64,000 nucleotides of DNA from Polyangiaceae bacterium (GTDB lineage: Bacteria > Myxococcota_A > Polyangia > Polyangiales > Polyangiaceae). The stretch's first letter is position 1, and each line of letters starts with the position of its first letter. This document shows, one piece after another, positions 46,194-56,918 of this stretch. A model generated the notes under the pieces. The model was given only the letters and a program-made list of their open reading frames with translations. It ran no database searches and had not been told where the DNA came from. The translations under genes were made by a program, and so were the position numbers. The stretch is from the NCBI GenBank assembly GCA_044376115.1, contig JBILLK010000019.1:1-64000 (forward strand), given 5' to 3'.

Positions 46194-49100
46194 CTAATAG
46201 CGGAGTTGCCACAGTACATCGAGTCCGAGCGAGACGCCGTCTTGCGAGGAGGACGTGCCGGTGGTCTGGTTCTCGTAGTCGCAATAGGCGCCGGAGCCGC
46301 GGAGCGACCAACTGCGGCTGATGCGATAGTCGAAGTAGAGATCACCGCAGCCGCCGGCTTGCGTTTGGCTGGTGGTGGCTTGCACCTGCTCCACCTGCTC
46401 CACCGTCCCGCCGAAGGAGAACTGATCCGACACCGAGACCTGCGCGCCGAGGTAGCCACCGCCGGTCGCCGAGGTGATGCCCACGTTCACCGCCAATACA
46501 TCGCGGAGCACGCCACCGAAGGCCGACGCCAACAAATCGTTGGCGAGCGAGGTCGCCACGCTGCCGCCGATCACGTCTCCCGCGAGCGCAACGCCGGTGG
46601 CCTCGTTTTCGCCGAACACCAGCAGCTGAACGATCTCCTCTTGCGACCGCGGTGGGTCCGAACGGAAGCGGATCTTGTCCTCGGTGATGGGTTTGAGCAG
46701 ACCAACGTAGCTGACAAATACTCGGCTGCCGGACGCTCCGTCCCAATGCGCAGTGAGGTTGACGTCGGGGTTCCCGGTGTCTTCGTCGCGCAGCCGGATC
46801 AACGCTTCGTCGACCACGAACTTCTTCTTGTTGAGCACGATCGACCCCTGTTCGATCAGCACGTCACCGCTCGCGTGTAGACGGTCCGATAGCAAGAGCT
46901 CGATCGGCGAGCCCTTGGGCGTTTGCAGGTTCAAGTTGAGTGAACTCGAGCGCACCTCGGTCTGGTTGACCCCGACCCGAAGTTTGTACTGGAAGGCGTC
47001 TTCATCGCGCGCCACCGCTCCCGGCTTTTGCGGCTGATTGACGGTGATGCCACGCGGATCGTCGAGCGACTGCACGTCCTTCGAACTGGAGGTCGGCAAA
47101 TCGAAGCGTGCGTTCTCGACGTTGACATCGACGGTGAAGCCGCGCTCCGACGGCGTCAGCTCGAAGGCGGCGTTCCCTCGCGCTTTGCCCAGCGGCACGC
47201 CCTCGATCGTGACCGGCAGCTCTTCGCCCTCGTCGATGCCGATCGAGCCGACCGCTTTCTCCAACTTGAGACCGCGCAGGGTCGCCGTGGCAAAGGCGTG
47301 CACCCGACCGGAGGTGCCCTTCGCCTCGACGCCCTCGATGCGCAGCTGCTGCGTGCCATCTGCCGCTGCAGGTTCGGCGGTGAGGGTGGCTTTACCGTCG
47401 CTGAGCTCCTGGCCGAACTGGGGGATGTAAGCGACCCCATCGGTTAGCGTGAGGCTCGCTCGTTTGATCAAGCCGTTGGAGGCTTGGGAGAGTTGCCCCC
47501 ATTCGATCTCCGCGCCGCCGTTGAGTACCCCGTCGAGCTTGGTGAGCGCGCCGGAGACCAACGGGTAGACGAGCCCGATGCTGAAGTCGGCAGCTCCCAT
47601 CACCAGCGTCCCGGGCGCGTCGACTTTGAGCGTGGGCACCGCGAGCGCGGCCCACTCGACGCCAGCGGTACCGAGGACCTGCAGCTTGCCCTGGCTTTGA
47701 TCCGAAACCTCGACCCGCACGCTGGCGGTGGCGACCTCGGCGTCTGCCGGTCGCTCACGAATCTCGGCCTGCACGAGCACGCTTTGAAAGGTGTCCTGAA
47801 TGCGCAATGCAGGCACGAACAGCTCGGCCTTGGCGCTGGGGTTACGGTTGAGGTTCTTGAGCTCGAGCTTGCCCGAGACCGCGCCGGCGATCTCGCTGTC
47901 GGCCAGGGCTGGCACCGCGTGCACCGGCATGTCGAAGAACTCCGCGGTCACGTCGGCGCGCCACGGCGCCTCTTCGAGCGTGAGGCTGCCGTTGAGCACG
48001 TTCTTCGAAAGGTCGAACTGGCCGTTGACGACCGCGACCGGCAGCTTGGCGACGCCGACCGAAAGCCCGACCAAGCCACGTCCCAGCGTTGGGTCGTAGG
48101 TTCCGGCCAGATCGAGGCTGAGCGGTGGTAGCCACTGCGCCGAGGACTCGTTCGCGTCGCGCGGCCCAACGTCGAAGGCCTGCGCCGCGAGCGTCATGTA
48201 CGGCGCGTTCACCGAGCCGGCCACGTTGGCGCTGAGCGTGACCTCGCCGGAGACCTTGGGTAGGTAGGTCGAAAGCGGCGTGGGCAGCGTGCTGAGGCTC
48301 TCCACGCTGCGCGTGGGCACGCTGGCGTTCAAGCTGAACGGAGCGTCTTTGAGCGCGTCCAAAGCCGACTCGGCGGCGAAGATCTTGGGCAGGTCGAGAA
48401 GCCCAACGAGCTCGAGGTTGGCTAGTCGGCGCTCGTCGAAAATGGTCGCTGAGGCCGCGAGCTCGCCGGTCGAGCCGGAGAGTTTGGCTTTGAGGGCGAG
48501 GTCGAGCTTCTCGCTGGAGATGGTGCCATCTTTGGTCAGGAGCGCCAGGTTGTCGGTCGCGAGCTCGAGACCGCTGATGCTCGGGTAGGGCTCGCCGCTG
48601 GCGCGCTTTACGCTGAAGGCACCGCTCACGCGACCGCGCGCCACGGCCACCGGCAACAGCGGTGACGGTACGCGCCGCACCAAGCAGCCGAGTTCGGCTG
48701 CGTCGAAGGCGATGTCCACGGCACCGGTGGCTTTGGCCCAGGTCTCGGCGCGCAGCAGCGGACCGGTCAGCGCGCCCTCCAAGTTTGCCGCGCGCAACTC
48801 GAGGATGGGGCCGTCACATAGCTCGGCGTTACCGCGGTTCTGTGCCGCTTGTCGCGCGCCCTCGGAGGCATGGTCCACCAAGCGCACGTAGCCGGAGGCT
48901 TTGACCGTATCGTTCTCGAGCGTCGCAGACATGCGCAGGCCCACCCCGGAGACCACCAGCAGCCGCGCGTCCTCCAGCTCGACGTCGATCGTCCCGCGGC
49001 GGCCGCGCGCCGTGCGTTCCATCGCCAAGTCCACGTTGGCGCGACCTTCGGCCGGAAACGGCACGCCCACGAGCTTCGAGAGCCGCGTGAGATCCACGTT

Positions 49101-51080
49101 GGCCGCGCGCAACTTGCCGACCAAATCACCGCCCTGCACGCGCACCGAGCCGGCCACCGAGCCGAGGATGGGCGAGCTGAGGTTGAGCCCATCGATAGCA
49201 AAACCGGCCTCACCGAAGGAAGCCCCGGCCGCGGTTCCGCTCGCCTCTTCACCCGCGCGCTCGACGCGGAAGGTGAGGTCGCGAGCCTTTCCTTGCGTCG
49301 GGGAGACGGTGCCACTCAGCGAGAGCTTGCCGCGATCTTCATCGCTGACGGTGAGCGCAACCTGTGACTCGTGCAGCCCGCCGTCGACCCGCAGCTCCAC
49401 GCGATCCAGCCGTTCTCCGAGCGCGGTGGCTTCGTCGGCGCGCAGCGCACCCTTCACCATCAACCGATCGAGCGGCCCTTTGAACTGACCGGAGAAACCG
49501 AGCTGGCCAGCGCTCAGACTGCGATCGGCCGACGCTACTCCCAGCCCGCTGCCGCGCAGCTTGCCCTCGAGCTCACCGTCCACGAACTTGCCGTTCAGCC
49601 AGAGCGAACTGCGGCCGACGAAGCGCCCTGCTACGAACGGCACTTGCGCGAGATCTTGCGTCTCGGCGTGCGCGCTGTAGCGGACCTCGCCGCCCTCTAC
49701 CGAGAAGCCAGCGTCGAGCTCGAGCGTAGCTTCGTCGATCGAGGCCGAACCGATCAGCACGCCGTTCACCACGTCGAGCACCGCGTCGACGCGCGGTAAC
49801 TTGGTGCCGAACGCGATCGTCGGATCGGTGCTGGCTTGCACATGCACGAGCGGCGGCTCACTGCCACGCAACGCCACATCGACGCGGGCGCTGCCATCCA
49901 CCAGTATCGACGGCGCCGACGGAAGAATGGTGCGCGTATCGAGCTCGGCGGCCTGCAGGTTCAGGCTGAGCCGCACCTCCTGTTCGACCAGCATCGCTCC
50001 CGTCGCTACCAGCGTCGCGGTGGCGTCGGGTTGCTCGAGCTCGAACGTCCCGTCGAACTCGAGCGCCGTGACCGGGCCTTTGAATTCGACCTGCCCGCGC
50101 GCATCTCGCTCGAGCGGAATAAACGGAAACAGCACCGCCTTCGACTCGGGCCGAAAGCGCGGTAGTTGCAGCGTGCCGGTCAGCATGTTGCCCACGAGCT
50201 CCGCGCGCGCGCTCATTTCGATCGCGGGCACACGCGGGAACTCCGGGGCGCTCATCGCGCCGCTGAACTCGGCCCACATCTTGACGCGCTCTTCTTCGCG
50301 CCGCTCCGGCGCCGGCGGCCGCAGATCCACGCGCAGGTGGTAGGTGCCCGTGCCGCTGGTTTCACCGGGGATGAGCTCGCGCAGCTTGAGGCCCGTCTCA
50401 TCGACGTCGACCGCCACCGACTCTTCGGTGTTGACGTAGACGCTGGCTTTAGCGCGCTGCACGTCGGCGCTGATCGGTGCGCCCACGCTGCCATCGACGT
50501 GGGCCTGATCGATCTCGATCGCCGGCAGTTGGATGATGATGGGCCGCGAAGGGGGAGGGCTTGGATTGGGGTCCTTGGGGAGGAACGTCCAGGCGATGGT
50601 GGGGATGTTGTCTTGGTCGGGCCGCAGCGTAACGCTGGCGTCGGCGATGCGGGCGCGCGGGAAGGAGAGGGGAATCGGGCCCTCTTCGAACAAGATGGCT
50701 CGCAGCAGTTTCAGCGTCTGCACGCGGGCATCGATGCCGTAGGCGAGGATCACCTGATCGCCGTTCTCGTCGAGGAAGCGCGCCGAACGAATGCGCGCGT
50801 GACGCAGCGAGAGTTCGTCGATCTCGCCGATGACGATGCGCCCACGGAGCAGCGGCGCGAGCAGCTGATTGACGCTGTTCTGCGCGACATGACGGGCCTC
50901 CGGCGTGTCGAGGTGAAGCAGCAGGCCGGCCGTGGTCGCGCCCAAGAGCACCGTTGCCAGCGCGAGCACTTCAGCCGTCCGGCGCAACCAGCGGAACACG
51001 CGCCGGGGCGGAAGGGCGCCTTTCACGCGGTCACCCGCTTCGCCAAGGACGGCGATCAGGGAGGGCCTGTCGTCATCCAT
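46194..51080 (-). CDS. tamB: translocation and assembly module TamB (AsmA-like) protein
   Basis: 1628 aa, N-terminal TM anchor, long beta-rich body, C-terminal DUF490-like region (FRSDPPRSQEEIVQLLVFG) ending LDVLWQLRY. Confidence 0.85.
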   Translation of the reverse strand: MDDDRPSLIAVLGEAGDRVKGALPPRRVFRWLRRTAEVLALATVLLGATTAGLLLHLDTPEARHVAQNSVNQLLAPLLRGRIVIGEIDELSLRHARIRSARFLDENGDQVILAYGIDARVQTLKLLRAILFEEGPIPLSFPRARIADASVTLRPDQDNIPTIAWTFLPKDPNPSPPPSRPIIIQLPAIEIDQAHVDGSVGAPISADVQRAKASVYVNTEESVAVDVDETGLKLRELIPGETSGTGTYHLRVDLRPPAPERREEERVKMWAEFSGAMSAPEFPRVPAIEMSARAELVGNMLTGTLQLPRFRPESKAVLFPFIPLERDARGQVEFKGPVTALEFDGTFELEQPDATATLVATGAMLVEQEVRLSLNLQAAELDTRTILPSAPSILVDGSARVDVALRGSEPPLVHVQASTDPTIAFGTKLPRVDAVLDVVNGVLIGSASIDEATLELDAGFSVEGGEVRYSAHAETQDLAQVPFVAGRFVGRSSLWLNGKFVDGELEGKLRGSGLGVASADRSLSAGQLGFSGQFKGPLDRLMVKGALRADEATALGERLDRVELRVDGGLHESQVALTVSDEDRGKLSLSGTVSPTQGKARDLTFRVERAGEEASGTAAGASFGEAGFAIDGLNLSSPILGSVAGSVRVQGGDLVGKLRAANVDLTRLSKLVGVPFPAEGRANVDLAMERTARGRRGTIDVELEDARLLVVSGVGLRMSATLENDTVKASGYVRLVDHASEGARQAAQNRGNAELCDGPILELRAANLEGALTGPLLRAETWAKATGAVDIAFDAAELGCLVRRVPSPLLPVAVARGRVSGAFSVKRASGEPYPSISGLELATDNLALLTKDGTISSEKLDLALKAKLSGSTGELAASATIFDERRLANLELVGLLDLPKIFAAESALDALKDAPFSLNASVPTRSVESLSTLPTPLSTYLPKVSGEVTLSANVAGSVNAPYMTLAAQAFDVGPRDANESSAQWLPPLSLDLAGTYDPTLGRGLVGLSVGVAKLPVAVVNGQFDLSKNVLNGSLTLEEAPWRADVTAEFFDMPVHAVPALADSEIAGAVSGKLELKNLNRNPSAKAELFVPALRIQDTFQSVLVQAEIRERPADAEVATASVRVEVSDQSQGKLQVLGTAGVEWAALAVPTLKVDAPGTLVMGAADFSIGLVYPLVSGALTKLDGVLNGGAEIEWGQLSQASNGLIKRASLTLTDGVAYIPQFGQELSDGKATLTAEPAAADGTQQLRIEGVEAKGTSGRVHAFATATLRGLKLEKAVGSIGIDEGEELPVTIEGVPLGKARGNAAFELTPSERGFTVDVNVENARFDLPTSSSKDVQSLDDPRGITVNQPQKPGAVARDEDAFQYKLRVGVNQTEVRSSSLNLNLQTPKGSPIELLLSDRLHASGDVLIEQGSIVLNKKKFVVDEALIRLRDEDTGNPDVNLTAHWDGASGSRVFVSYVGLLKPITEDKIRFRSDPPRSQEEIVQLLVFGENEATGVALAGDVIGGSVATSLANDLLASAFGGVLRDVLAVNVGITSATGGGYLGAQVSVSDQFSFGGTVEQVEQVQATTSQTQAGGCGDLYFDYRISRSWSLRGSGAYCDYENQTTGTSSSQDGVSLGLDVLWQLRY

Positions 51081-51145
51081 CGGGGCTGCGGGTTTTCGGG
51101 GTCACGCTGGGCGTAAGCTTAGTCCAGCTTCGCCCGGCACGCTGG

Positions 51146-52849
51146 TCAGCCGTTGGCTTCGAGCTCACGGAACAGCGGAACGAGCTCGGGCTTGGCACGC
51201 AACGGCGCGCAGAACCGGGTGGCCAACATCAACAGCTCGCCCTCGAGCGCTTCGGCCTTGCGGCCCATCTCGGTGATCAGGCTGCGCGACTCCTCACGCC
51301 GCTCCTCCACCTCACGGTTGTGCGAATCGAGCCCGGAGCGGAGCTCTTTGATCTGGTAGTCGATGTCGGCGAACTGCCCGTCCATGTCTTGGATGGCGCG
51401 ATCGATCTCACGTTGCTTGCCGCGTGCGACCAGCCACTCGTCGAGGATGCTGGCGAGGTCACGGTAAAGCTTCGCGAGCTCGGGATACGGCTCGGTGAAG
51501 GCCGAGCGACCTTCCCAAAAGACCGTCTCCTTGTGCACCACCAGCAGCCGCGCACCGAAGGCCTCATTGCCTTCCATCATGGTTGCGAGCACTGCCTTCT
51601 GATCGCGCACCTCTTCACGCATACGCGAGGCGTCTTGCGTGAGCGTGTCCATCGCTTGGCCGAACCGCGCGTACGCTTCACGGCCCTCTTGCTCGACGAT
51701 CTCGAGCTTGGCTTGCTCTTCGTAGGCGCGTTTGCGCAGGGTCTCGACCTCAGCCACTTTGGCCTCGATCTCGCTCAGGATGCGCTGCGAATCTGCGGGT
51801 TTGGCGGCTGGGAAGCCGCGTTTCAACATCTCCTCGAACAGCTTGGCGCGCCGGCCCCAAAGCTGGGCCTCGCCCGCCTTGAGCTGACGGCTCGGCGGCG
51901 GCAACTCCGCCTCGATCTCCGCAGGCAGCTCGACCCGAAGCTCTTCAGCGATCTTGCGCAGCCGCGCGAGCACCGATTGCGCGTCCACCGGCCGATCATG
52001 CGGCGCTTTCGACATCATGTCGTGGATCAGCCGGTCGAGCGACTCGGGCACGTCTTTCTGCCGGCTCTGCACGTGAGGAGCAGGCTCGCTCATGTGTTTG
52101 ACCAACATCGTCGGAGCGTTGGGCGCCTCGAACGGCAACGTGCCGGAGAGCATCTCGAACAGGATGATGCCCAGCGAATAAATATCCGCGGAAGGCCCGG
52201 CCTCGGTGGAGGAGCCTTGCTCGGGCGCCATGTACTCGGGCGTGCCGAAGATCTCCCCGACGCTCGTCAGCCGCGAATCATGCTTGCTGCGGGCGATGCC
52301 GAAATCCAGCAGCTTGATGCGGTCTTCTTTGAGGACGAACACGTTCTCCGGCTTGAGATCGCGATGGACGACCTCGAAGTCGTGTGCGCGGGCGAGCGCG
52401 CGGCTCATCTGCGCGGCCAGCTTGATCGTGCGCGCCACGTTGATGCGCCCTTTGCCGATCAGCGTCGCCAGACTCGACCCCTCGAGCAGCTCCATCACCA
52501 GGAAGGCGGTGCCGTCGTCGGTCTCGCCCTGATCGAAAACGTCGATGATGTTGGGGTGGGCCAAGCGTTGCGCGTGCCGTGCCTCACGGCGGAACCGCTC
52601 TTGGGCCGTGGGATCGCGAACCACTTCCCCGTGCAGCACTTTGATCGCGCACGGCCGGTCCACCAGCTTGTGGCGAGCCCGGTACACGGTAGCCATGCCG
52701 CCTTCCCCGAGGATCTCCTCGAGGACATAGCGACCGGCAAGCGTGGTTCCTAGCCGGGGATCCGGCAGACTTTCGAGCGAAGCGCCATCCACGAAGCAGA
52801 AGCTGCTTTCATGCGGATAGCGCTGTTGGCACTGGGGACAGCTCTTCAC
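51146..52849 (-). CDS. cytoplasmic Ser/Thr kinase with N-terminal zinc ribbon and C-terminal coiled coil
   Basis: CPQC..CFVDG, GEGGMATVY, HRDLKPEN, DFG, GTPEYMAPE; long heptad-rich tail; no TM. Confidence 0.93.
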   Translation of the reverse strand: MKSCPQCQQRYPHESSFCFVDGASLESLPDPRLGTTLAGRYVLEEILGEGGMATVYRARHKLVDRPCAIKVLHGEVVRDPTAQERFRREARHAQRLAHPNIIDVFDQGETDDGTAFLVMELLEGSSLATLIGKGRINVARTIKLAAQMSRALARAHDFEVVHRDLKPENVFVLKEDRIKLLDFGIARSKHDSRLTSVGEIFGTPEYMAPEQGSSTEAGPSADIYSLGIILFEMLSGTLPFEAPNAPTMLVKHMSEPAPHVQSRQKDVPESLDRLIHDMMSKAPHDRPVDAQSVLARLRKIAEELRVELPAEIEAELPPPSRQLKAGEAQLWGRRAKLFEEMLKRGFPAAKPADSQRILSEIEAKVAEVETLRKRAYEEQAKLEIVEQEGREAYARFGQAMDTLTQDASRMREEVRDQKAVLATMMEGNEAFGARLLVVHKETVFWEGRSAFTEPYPELAKLYRDLASILDEWLVARGKQREIDRAIQDMDGQFADIDYQIKELRSGLDSHNREVEERREESRSLITEMGRKAEALEGELLMLATRFCAPLRAKPELVPLFRELEANG

Positions 52850-52905
52850 CTGGGCGTCACTCTAGGGGGGGTGGTCGGTAGATTCACCAAAAATTTATTC
52901 TCGGC

Positions 52906-54471
52906 TCACGGACGGATCGACTTGCTCACGCGCGAAAGCAGCCCGCCACCGCCGAGCAACAGACCAAAGGCTTTGCGCAGCCTGGAAAGCCCAACGTCAG
53001 TGTAGGGGAACCACATCGGGTTGTTGTTGCCCAGCCCAATGCGGTCCACGTTGACGTGCCGCACGTTGCACATCTCGCGCAACGCGTCCTCGCCGAGCAC
53101 GCGTCCGAAGCCCGACTGCTTGATGCCACCGAAGGGCGTTTCGGGCATGCCACCGTTGGTGAGCACGTCGTTGACGAGCACGCTACCCGCCTCGACGCGC
53201 GCCGCGAAGGCCTCACCGTAGCTGCGGTCTTTGCTGAAGACGTAGGCATTGAGCCCGAGGTGCGAACGGTTGGCGAGGCTGAGCGCTTCCTCGTCCGAAT
53301 CGACGCGCATGATCGGCACGACCGGCCCGAAGATCTCCTCGGTCATTACGGTCATCGTCGAGTTGCAGTTGGTTAGCACGGTGGGCTGGAAGAAATTGCC
53401 TTTGCCCTCGATGCGATGCCCGCCGGTCGCGAGCACCGCGCCTTTGGCGAGCGCATCGGCGATGTGGGCCTCGGCTACGTCCATCTGCTTGGGGAAGATG
53501 ATCGCGCCGACGTCCACCGTCTGCAGCTGCGGATCTCCCACGCGCAGCGCGCGCGTTCGCTCGATGATGCGCCGTTCGAGCTGATCGGCGATCGACTTAT
53601 GGGCGTAGACGCGCTCGACCGCGATGCAGATCTGACCGCTGTTAGCGAATCCGCCGGAGACAGCCGCGTGCGCTGCGAGCTCCACATCGGCGTCGGAGCA
53701 GGCGATCAGCGGTGCCTTCCCGCCGAGCTCCATCACGCACGGGATCAGCCGTTCTCCGCACATCGCCGCGACCCGACGGCCGGTGGCGACGCCGCCGGTG
53801 AAGACGCAGAAGTCGATGCCACCGTCGATCAACGCAGCCCCGGTCGCGCCGTAGCCAGTCACGACTTGGAACAGCTCCGGCGGTAAGCCCGCGTCGTCCC
53901 AGACCTGCTTCGCTTTGAGCGCGATCAGCGGGGTCACCTCGCTCGGTTTGAGCACCACGGCGTTGCCCGCGACCACGGCCATGAACAAATCGCGCAGCGG
54001 CATGAACAACGGGAAATTCCAGGGCGTAATCAGGCCCACCACTCCGCGCGGTGAGTAATAAAGCGTGGCCCGCCGATGTTTCGCCAGCGTCATCTCCACC
54101 GCGCGCGGCGCCAGCAGCTTCTCTGCGTGCTTCGCGAAATACTGGCCGCAAATAGCGGAGGCCGAGACCTCGTGCAGGTAGGCCTCAAAGGCTGGTTTAC
54201 CGGCCTCGCGGGAGATCAGGTCGCAGAGCTCCTCCTGGCGATCGATCAGCGCGTGGACGTAGCTCAGCAGGCGTCGTGCGCGCTCGGCGACCGGAAGTGC
54301 GCCCCAGCTCGCCTGTGCTTTGCGTGCGCGTTCCACCGCGGCCCGTACTTCCTCCGCCCCGAACACCGGTACTTCACCGATGACCTTGCCCGAGGCAGGC
54401 GAGCGAACGGTGATCCGTTCGCGTTCCCGCTGGGTGCTGCTTGACGGGGTGCTCGTTACCACTGCTTCCAT
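52906..54471 (-). CDS. aldehyde dehydrogenase family protein
   Basis: ITPWNFP, LKPSEVTP, FTGG, MELGGKAP, NSGQICIA, EEIFGP, PFGGIKQSG. Confidence 0.95.
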   Translation of the reverse strand: MEAVVTSTPSSSTQRERERITVRSPASGKVIGEVPVFGAEEVRAAVERARKAQASWGALPVAERARRLLSYVHALIDRQEELCDLISREAGKPAFEAYLHEVSASAICGQYFAKHAEKLLAPRAVEMTLAKHRRATLYYSPRGVVGLITPWNFPLFMPLRDLFMAVVAGNAVVLKPSEVTPLIALKAKQVWDDAGLPPELFQVVTGYGATGAALIDGGIDFCVFTGGVATGRRVAAMCGERLIPCVMELGGKAPLIACSDADVELAAHAAVSGGFANSGQICIAVERVYAHKSIADQLERRIIERTRALRVGDPQLQTVDVGAIIFPKQMDVAEAHIADALAKGAVLATGGHRIEGKGNFFQPTVLTNCNSTMTVMTEEIFGPVVPIMRVDSDEEALSLANRSHLGLNAYVFSKDRSYGEAFAARVEAGSVLVNDVLTNGGMPETPFGGIKQSGFGRVLGEDALREMCNVRHVNVDRIGLGNNNPMWFPYTDVGLSRLRKAFGLLLGGGGLLSRVSKSIRP

Positions 54472-54536
54472 GCCAACCTCCGAGGTGCGCTCATCTTACG
54501 GTGCTGGTTGCGCGTGCCAACCCGTGTTCTTGCTAT

Positions 54537-56918
54537 ATGTCGCTGATGCTGGACGAGGATTGTGACCGCGCGCTGTTGGGCCTGCACCCGGATCCGCACA
54601 CGATCTTGGGCGTCCACGAGGCTGCTGGCGTCCGCAGCGCGCGGATTGGCGCCGATTCGGGGTCGAAGGTGTGGGTTGCGCCGCTCGGCTCGGAGACCTG
54701 GGTGAGGCTGAACGCCACGCGTGTGGTGCGCCCGCAACAAGGGCCGATGCGCAGCCTTTATTCCGCCGAAGTGAGCTTCTTCGGGCCGCTTGCGGTGAGG
54801 GTGCAGTCGCCCGCCGGGGTGCAGCGCCGCGAGCTGGATCCGTACACCTTCTCGCCGTCTGTCGGTGAGCAGGAGCTGTCCGCGTTTGCGCATGGTCATC
54901 ACCACCAGCTCTCGGAGCTGCTCGGCGCGCGCGTGTTGACCCATCAAGGCGTGCGCGGGACTCGTTTCACCGTCTGGGCGCCATCGGCGTTGGCTGCGCG
55001 GGTGGTCGGCGATTTCAATGATTGGGTTGGCGCAGCGCACGCGATGCGGCGGCTGGCCTTCGGCGTGTGGGAGCTGTTCATCCCGCGCGAGCTCGAGGGC
55101 GCGCACTACAAGTTCGAGATCGTCACCCGCAAAGGGGTGATCGAGAAGAGCGACCCGCTGGCTCGCGCGATGGAGCTGAGGCCCAACACCGCGTCGATCG
55201 TTTGGGTCTCGCGGCACGAGTGGAAGGACGCAGACTACCGCGCAAAGCTCGGTAAGGCGTCGCCTGCAGCGCGTTCGGCGATGAGCATCTACGAAGTGCA
55301 CCTCGGCTCCTGGAAGCGGCCAGCTGCGGGCGAGGGGATCCAGCCGCCGTCAGCTGAAGATTTGCCGTTCCCGAGCTACCGCGCGCTGGCCGATGAGCTC
55401 GTCGACTATGTGCACGATCTCGGCTTTACGCACATCGAGCTCTTGCCGGTGACCGAGCATCCGTACGACGGCTCGTGGGGCTATCAGGTCTCCGGCTACT
55501 TCTCGCCCACGGCGCGCCACGGTACGCCCGACGACTTCAAGTACTTCGTTGATAAGTGCCATTCGCGCGGCATCGGCGTGCTGCTCGACTGGGTGCCGGC
55601 GCACTTCCCGCGAGATGCTGCTGCGCTCGGTCGCTTCGACGGCACGCCGCTCTACGAGCATTGGAACCCGCTGCGCGGTGAACACCGCCAATGGGAGACC
55701 TTCATCTTCGATTGGGGCCGGCCCGAGGTGAAGAACTTCCTCATCTCGAGCGCGCTGCATTTCCTCGAGGAGTATCACCTCGACGGCCTGCGCGTGGATG
55801 CCGTCGCCAGCATGCTTTACCTCGACTACGCCGCCAATCACCCGAGTCAGTGGGAGCCGAACGTGCACGGCGGCCGCGAGAACCTCGAGGCCGTCGCCTT
55901 CCTACGCGAGCTGACCAGCACCGTGCACGAGCGCTGCCCCGCGGCGATCCTCGCCGCCGAGGAGTCCACCTCCTGGCCCGGCGTGACGCGGCCCGCTTAC
56001 GCCGGCGGCTTGGGCTTCGACCTCAAGTGGAACATGGGCTGGATGCATGATTCGCTCAACTACTTCTCGCTCGATCCGATCTTCCGATCGTACCGACATA
56101 CGCTGCTTACCTTCGGCTTGATGTACGCCTTCAGCGAGCGCTACGTGCTGCCCTTCTCGCACGATGAGGTGGTTCATCTGAAGCGCTCGCTGCACGGGCG
56201 CATGCCGGGAGACGCCTGGCAAAAGGCGGCAACGCTGCGTTCGATGTACGCCTTCATGTGGTCGCACCCGGGCAAGAAGCTTTTGTTCATGGGCGGAGAG
56301 CTCGGACAGCGCACCGAATGGAACGAGGCCTCGGAGTTGCCGTGGGAGTTGCTCGCGGACCCACTGCATCGCGGGCTACAGGCGGTGGTACGTGAACTCA
56401 ACCGCGTGCTGCGCGCTCACCCCGCGCTGTACGAGCTCGACGACGAGCAGGCCGGCTTTCAGTGGATCGACGCCAACGATGCGCCGCAGTCGGTGATCTC
56501 CTTCGTGCGCTTTGCGCGCTCCCAGCTATTGGCCAGGCCGACCGGCGTGTTCGTGGTGGTGGTCGGTAACTTCACGCCCATCATTCGGCGCGAGTACCGC
56601 GTGGGGGTTCCGCGCGGCGGCCGGTATCGTGAGCTGCTCAACACCGATGCAGCGGTTTATGGCGGTAGCAACGTTGGTAACCTGGGCCTCGTGGAGAGCG
56701 AGTCGAGCCCGTCGCATGGCTTCGCCCATTCGCTCTCGTTGACGCTACCGCCTCTCGGTGTGCTCTACTTGGTGCCCGAAGACGAAGGCGCTGCGAGCGA
56801 AGCCGAGCTGCTCGAGGAAGCCCAACGGCTGGCTGCGCGCGCAACGCCCCGAGAGTTGGATGGGCCGTCTTCCGACCCGAAAGACCCAACGCCGTCTGCG
56901 CAGGAGAACCGAAGTTGA
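54537..56918 (+). CDS. glgB: 1,4-alpha-glucan branching enzyme
   Basis: FTVWAP, IYEVHLGSW, SWGYQ, DWVPAHF, DGLRVDAVASMLY, AEEST, KWNMGWMHD, SHDEVVH, GKKLLFMG. Confidence 0.97.
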   Translation: MSLMLDEDCDRALLGLHPDPHTILGVHEAAGVRSARIGADSGSKVWVAPLGSETWVRLNATRVVRPQQGPMRSLYSAEVSFFGPLAVRVQSPAGVQRRELDPYTFSPSVGEQELSAFAHGHHHQLSELLGARVLTHQGVRGTRFTVWAPSALAARVVGDFNDWVGAAHAMRRLAFGVWELFIPRELEGAHYKFEIVTRKGVIEKSDPLARAMELRPNTASIVWVSRHEWKDADYRAKLGKASPAARSAMSIYEVHLGSWKRPAAGEGIQPPSAEDLPFPSYRALADELVDYVHDLGFTHIELLPVTEHPYDGSWGYQVSGYFSPTARHGTPDDFKYFVDKCHSRGIGVLLDWVPAHFPRDAAALGRFDGTPLYEHWNPLRGEHRQWETFIFDWGRPEVKNFLISSALHFLEEYHLDGLRVDAVASMLYLDYAANHPSQWEPNVHGGRENLEAVAFLRELTSTVHERCPAAILAAEESTSWPGVTRPAYAGGLGFDLKWNMGWMHDSLNYFSLDPIFRSYRHTLLTFGLMYAFSERYVLPFSHDEVVHLKRSLHGRMPGDAWQKAATLRSMYAFMWSHPGKKLLFMGGELGQRTEWNEASELPWELLADPLHRGLQAVVRELNRVLRAHPALYELDDEQAGFQWIDANDAPQSVISFVRFARSQLLARPTGVFVVVVGNFTPIIRREYRVGVPRGGRYRELLNTDAAVYGGSNVGNLGLVESESSPSHGFAHSLSLTLPPLGVLYLVPEDEGAASEAELLEEAQRLAARATPRELDGPSSDPKDPTPSAQENRS

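Noticed and set aside
50954..52753. 599-aa plus-strand ORF (and similar long antisense ORFs at 15542-16513, 19598-20737, 37503-38534, 57619-58722)
   Set aside because: Opposite-strand shadows of well-supported genes, expected in high-GC DNA.
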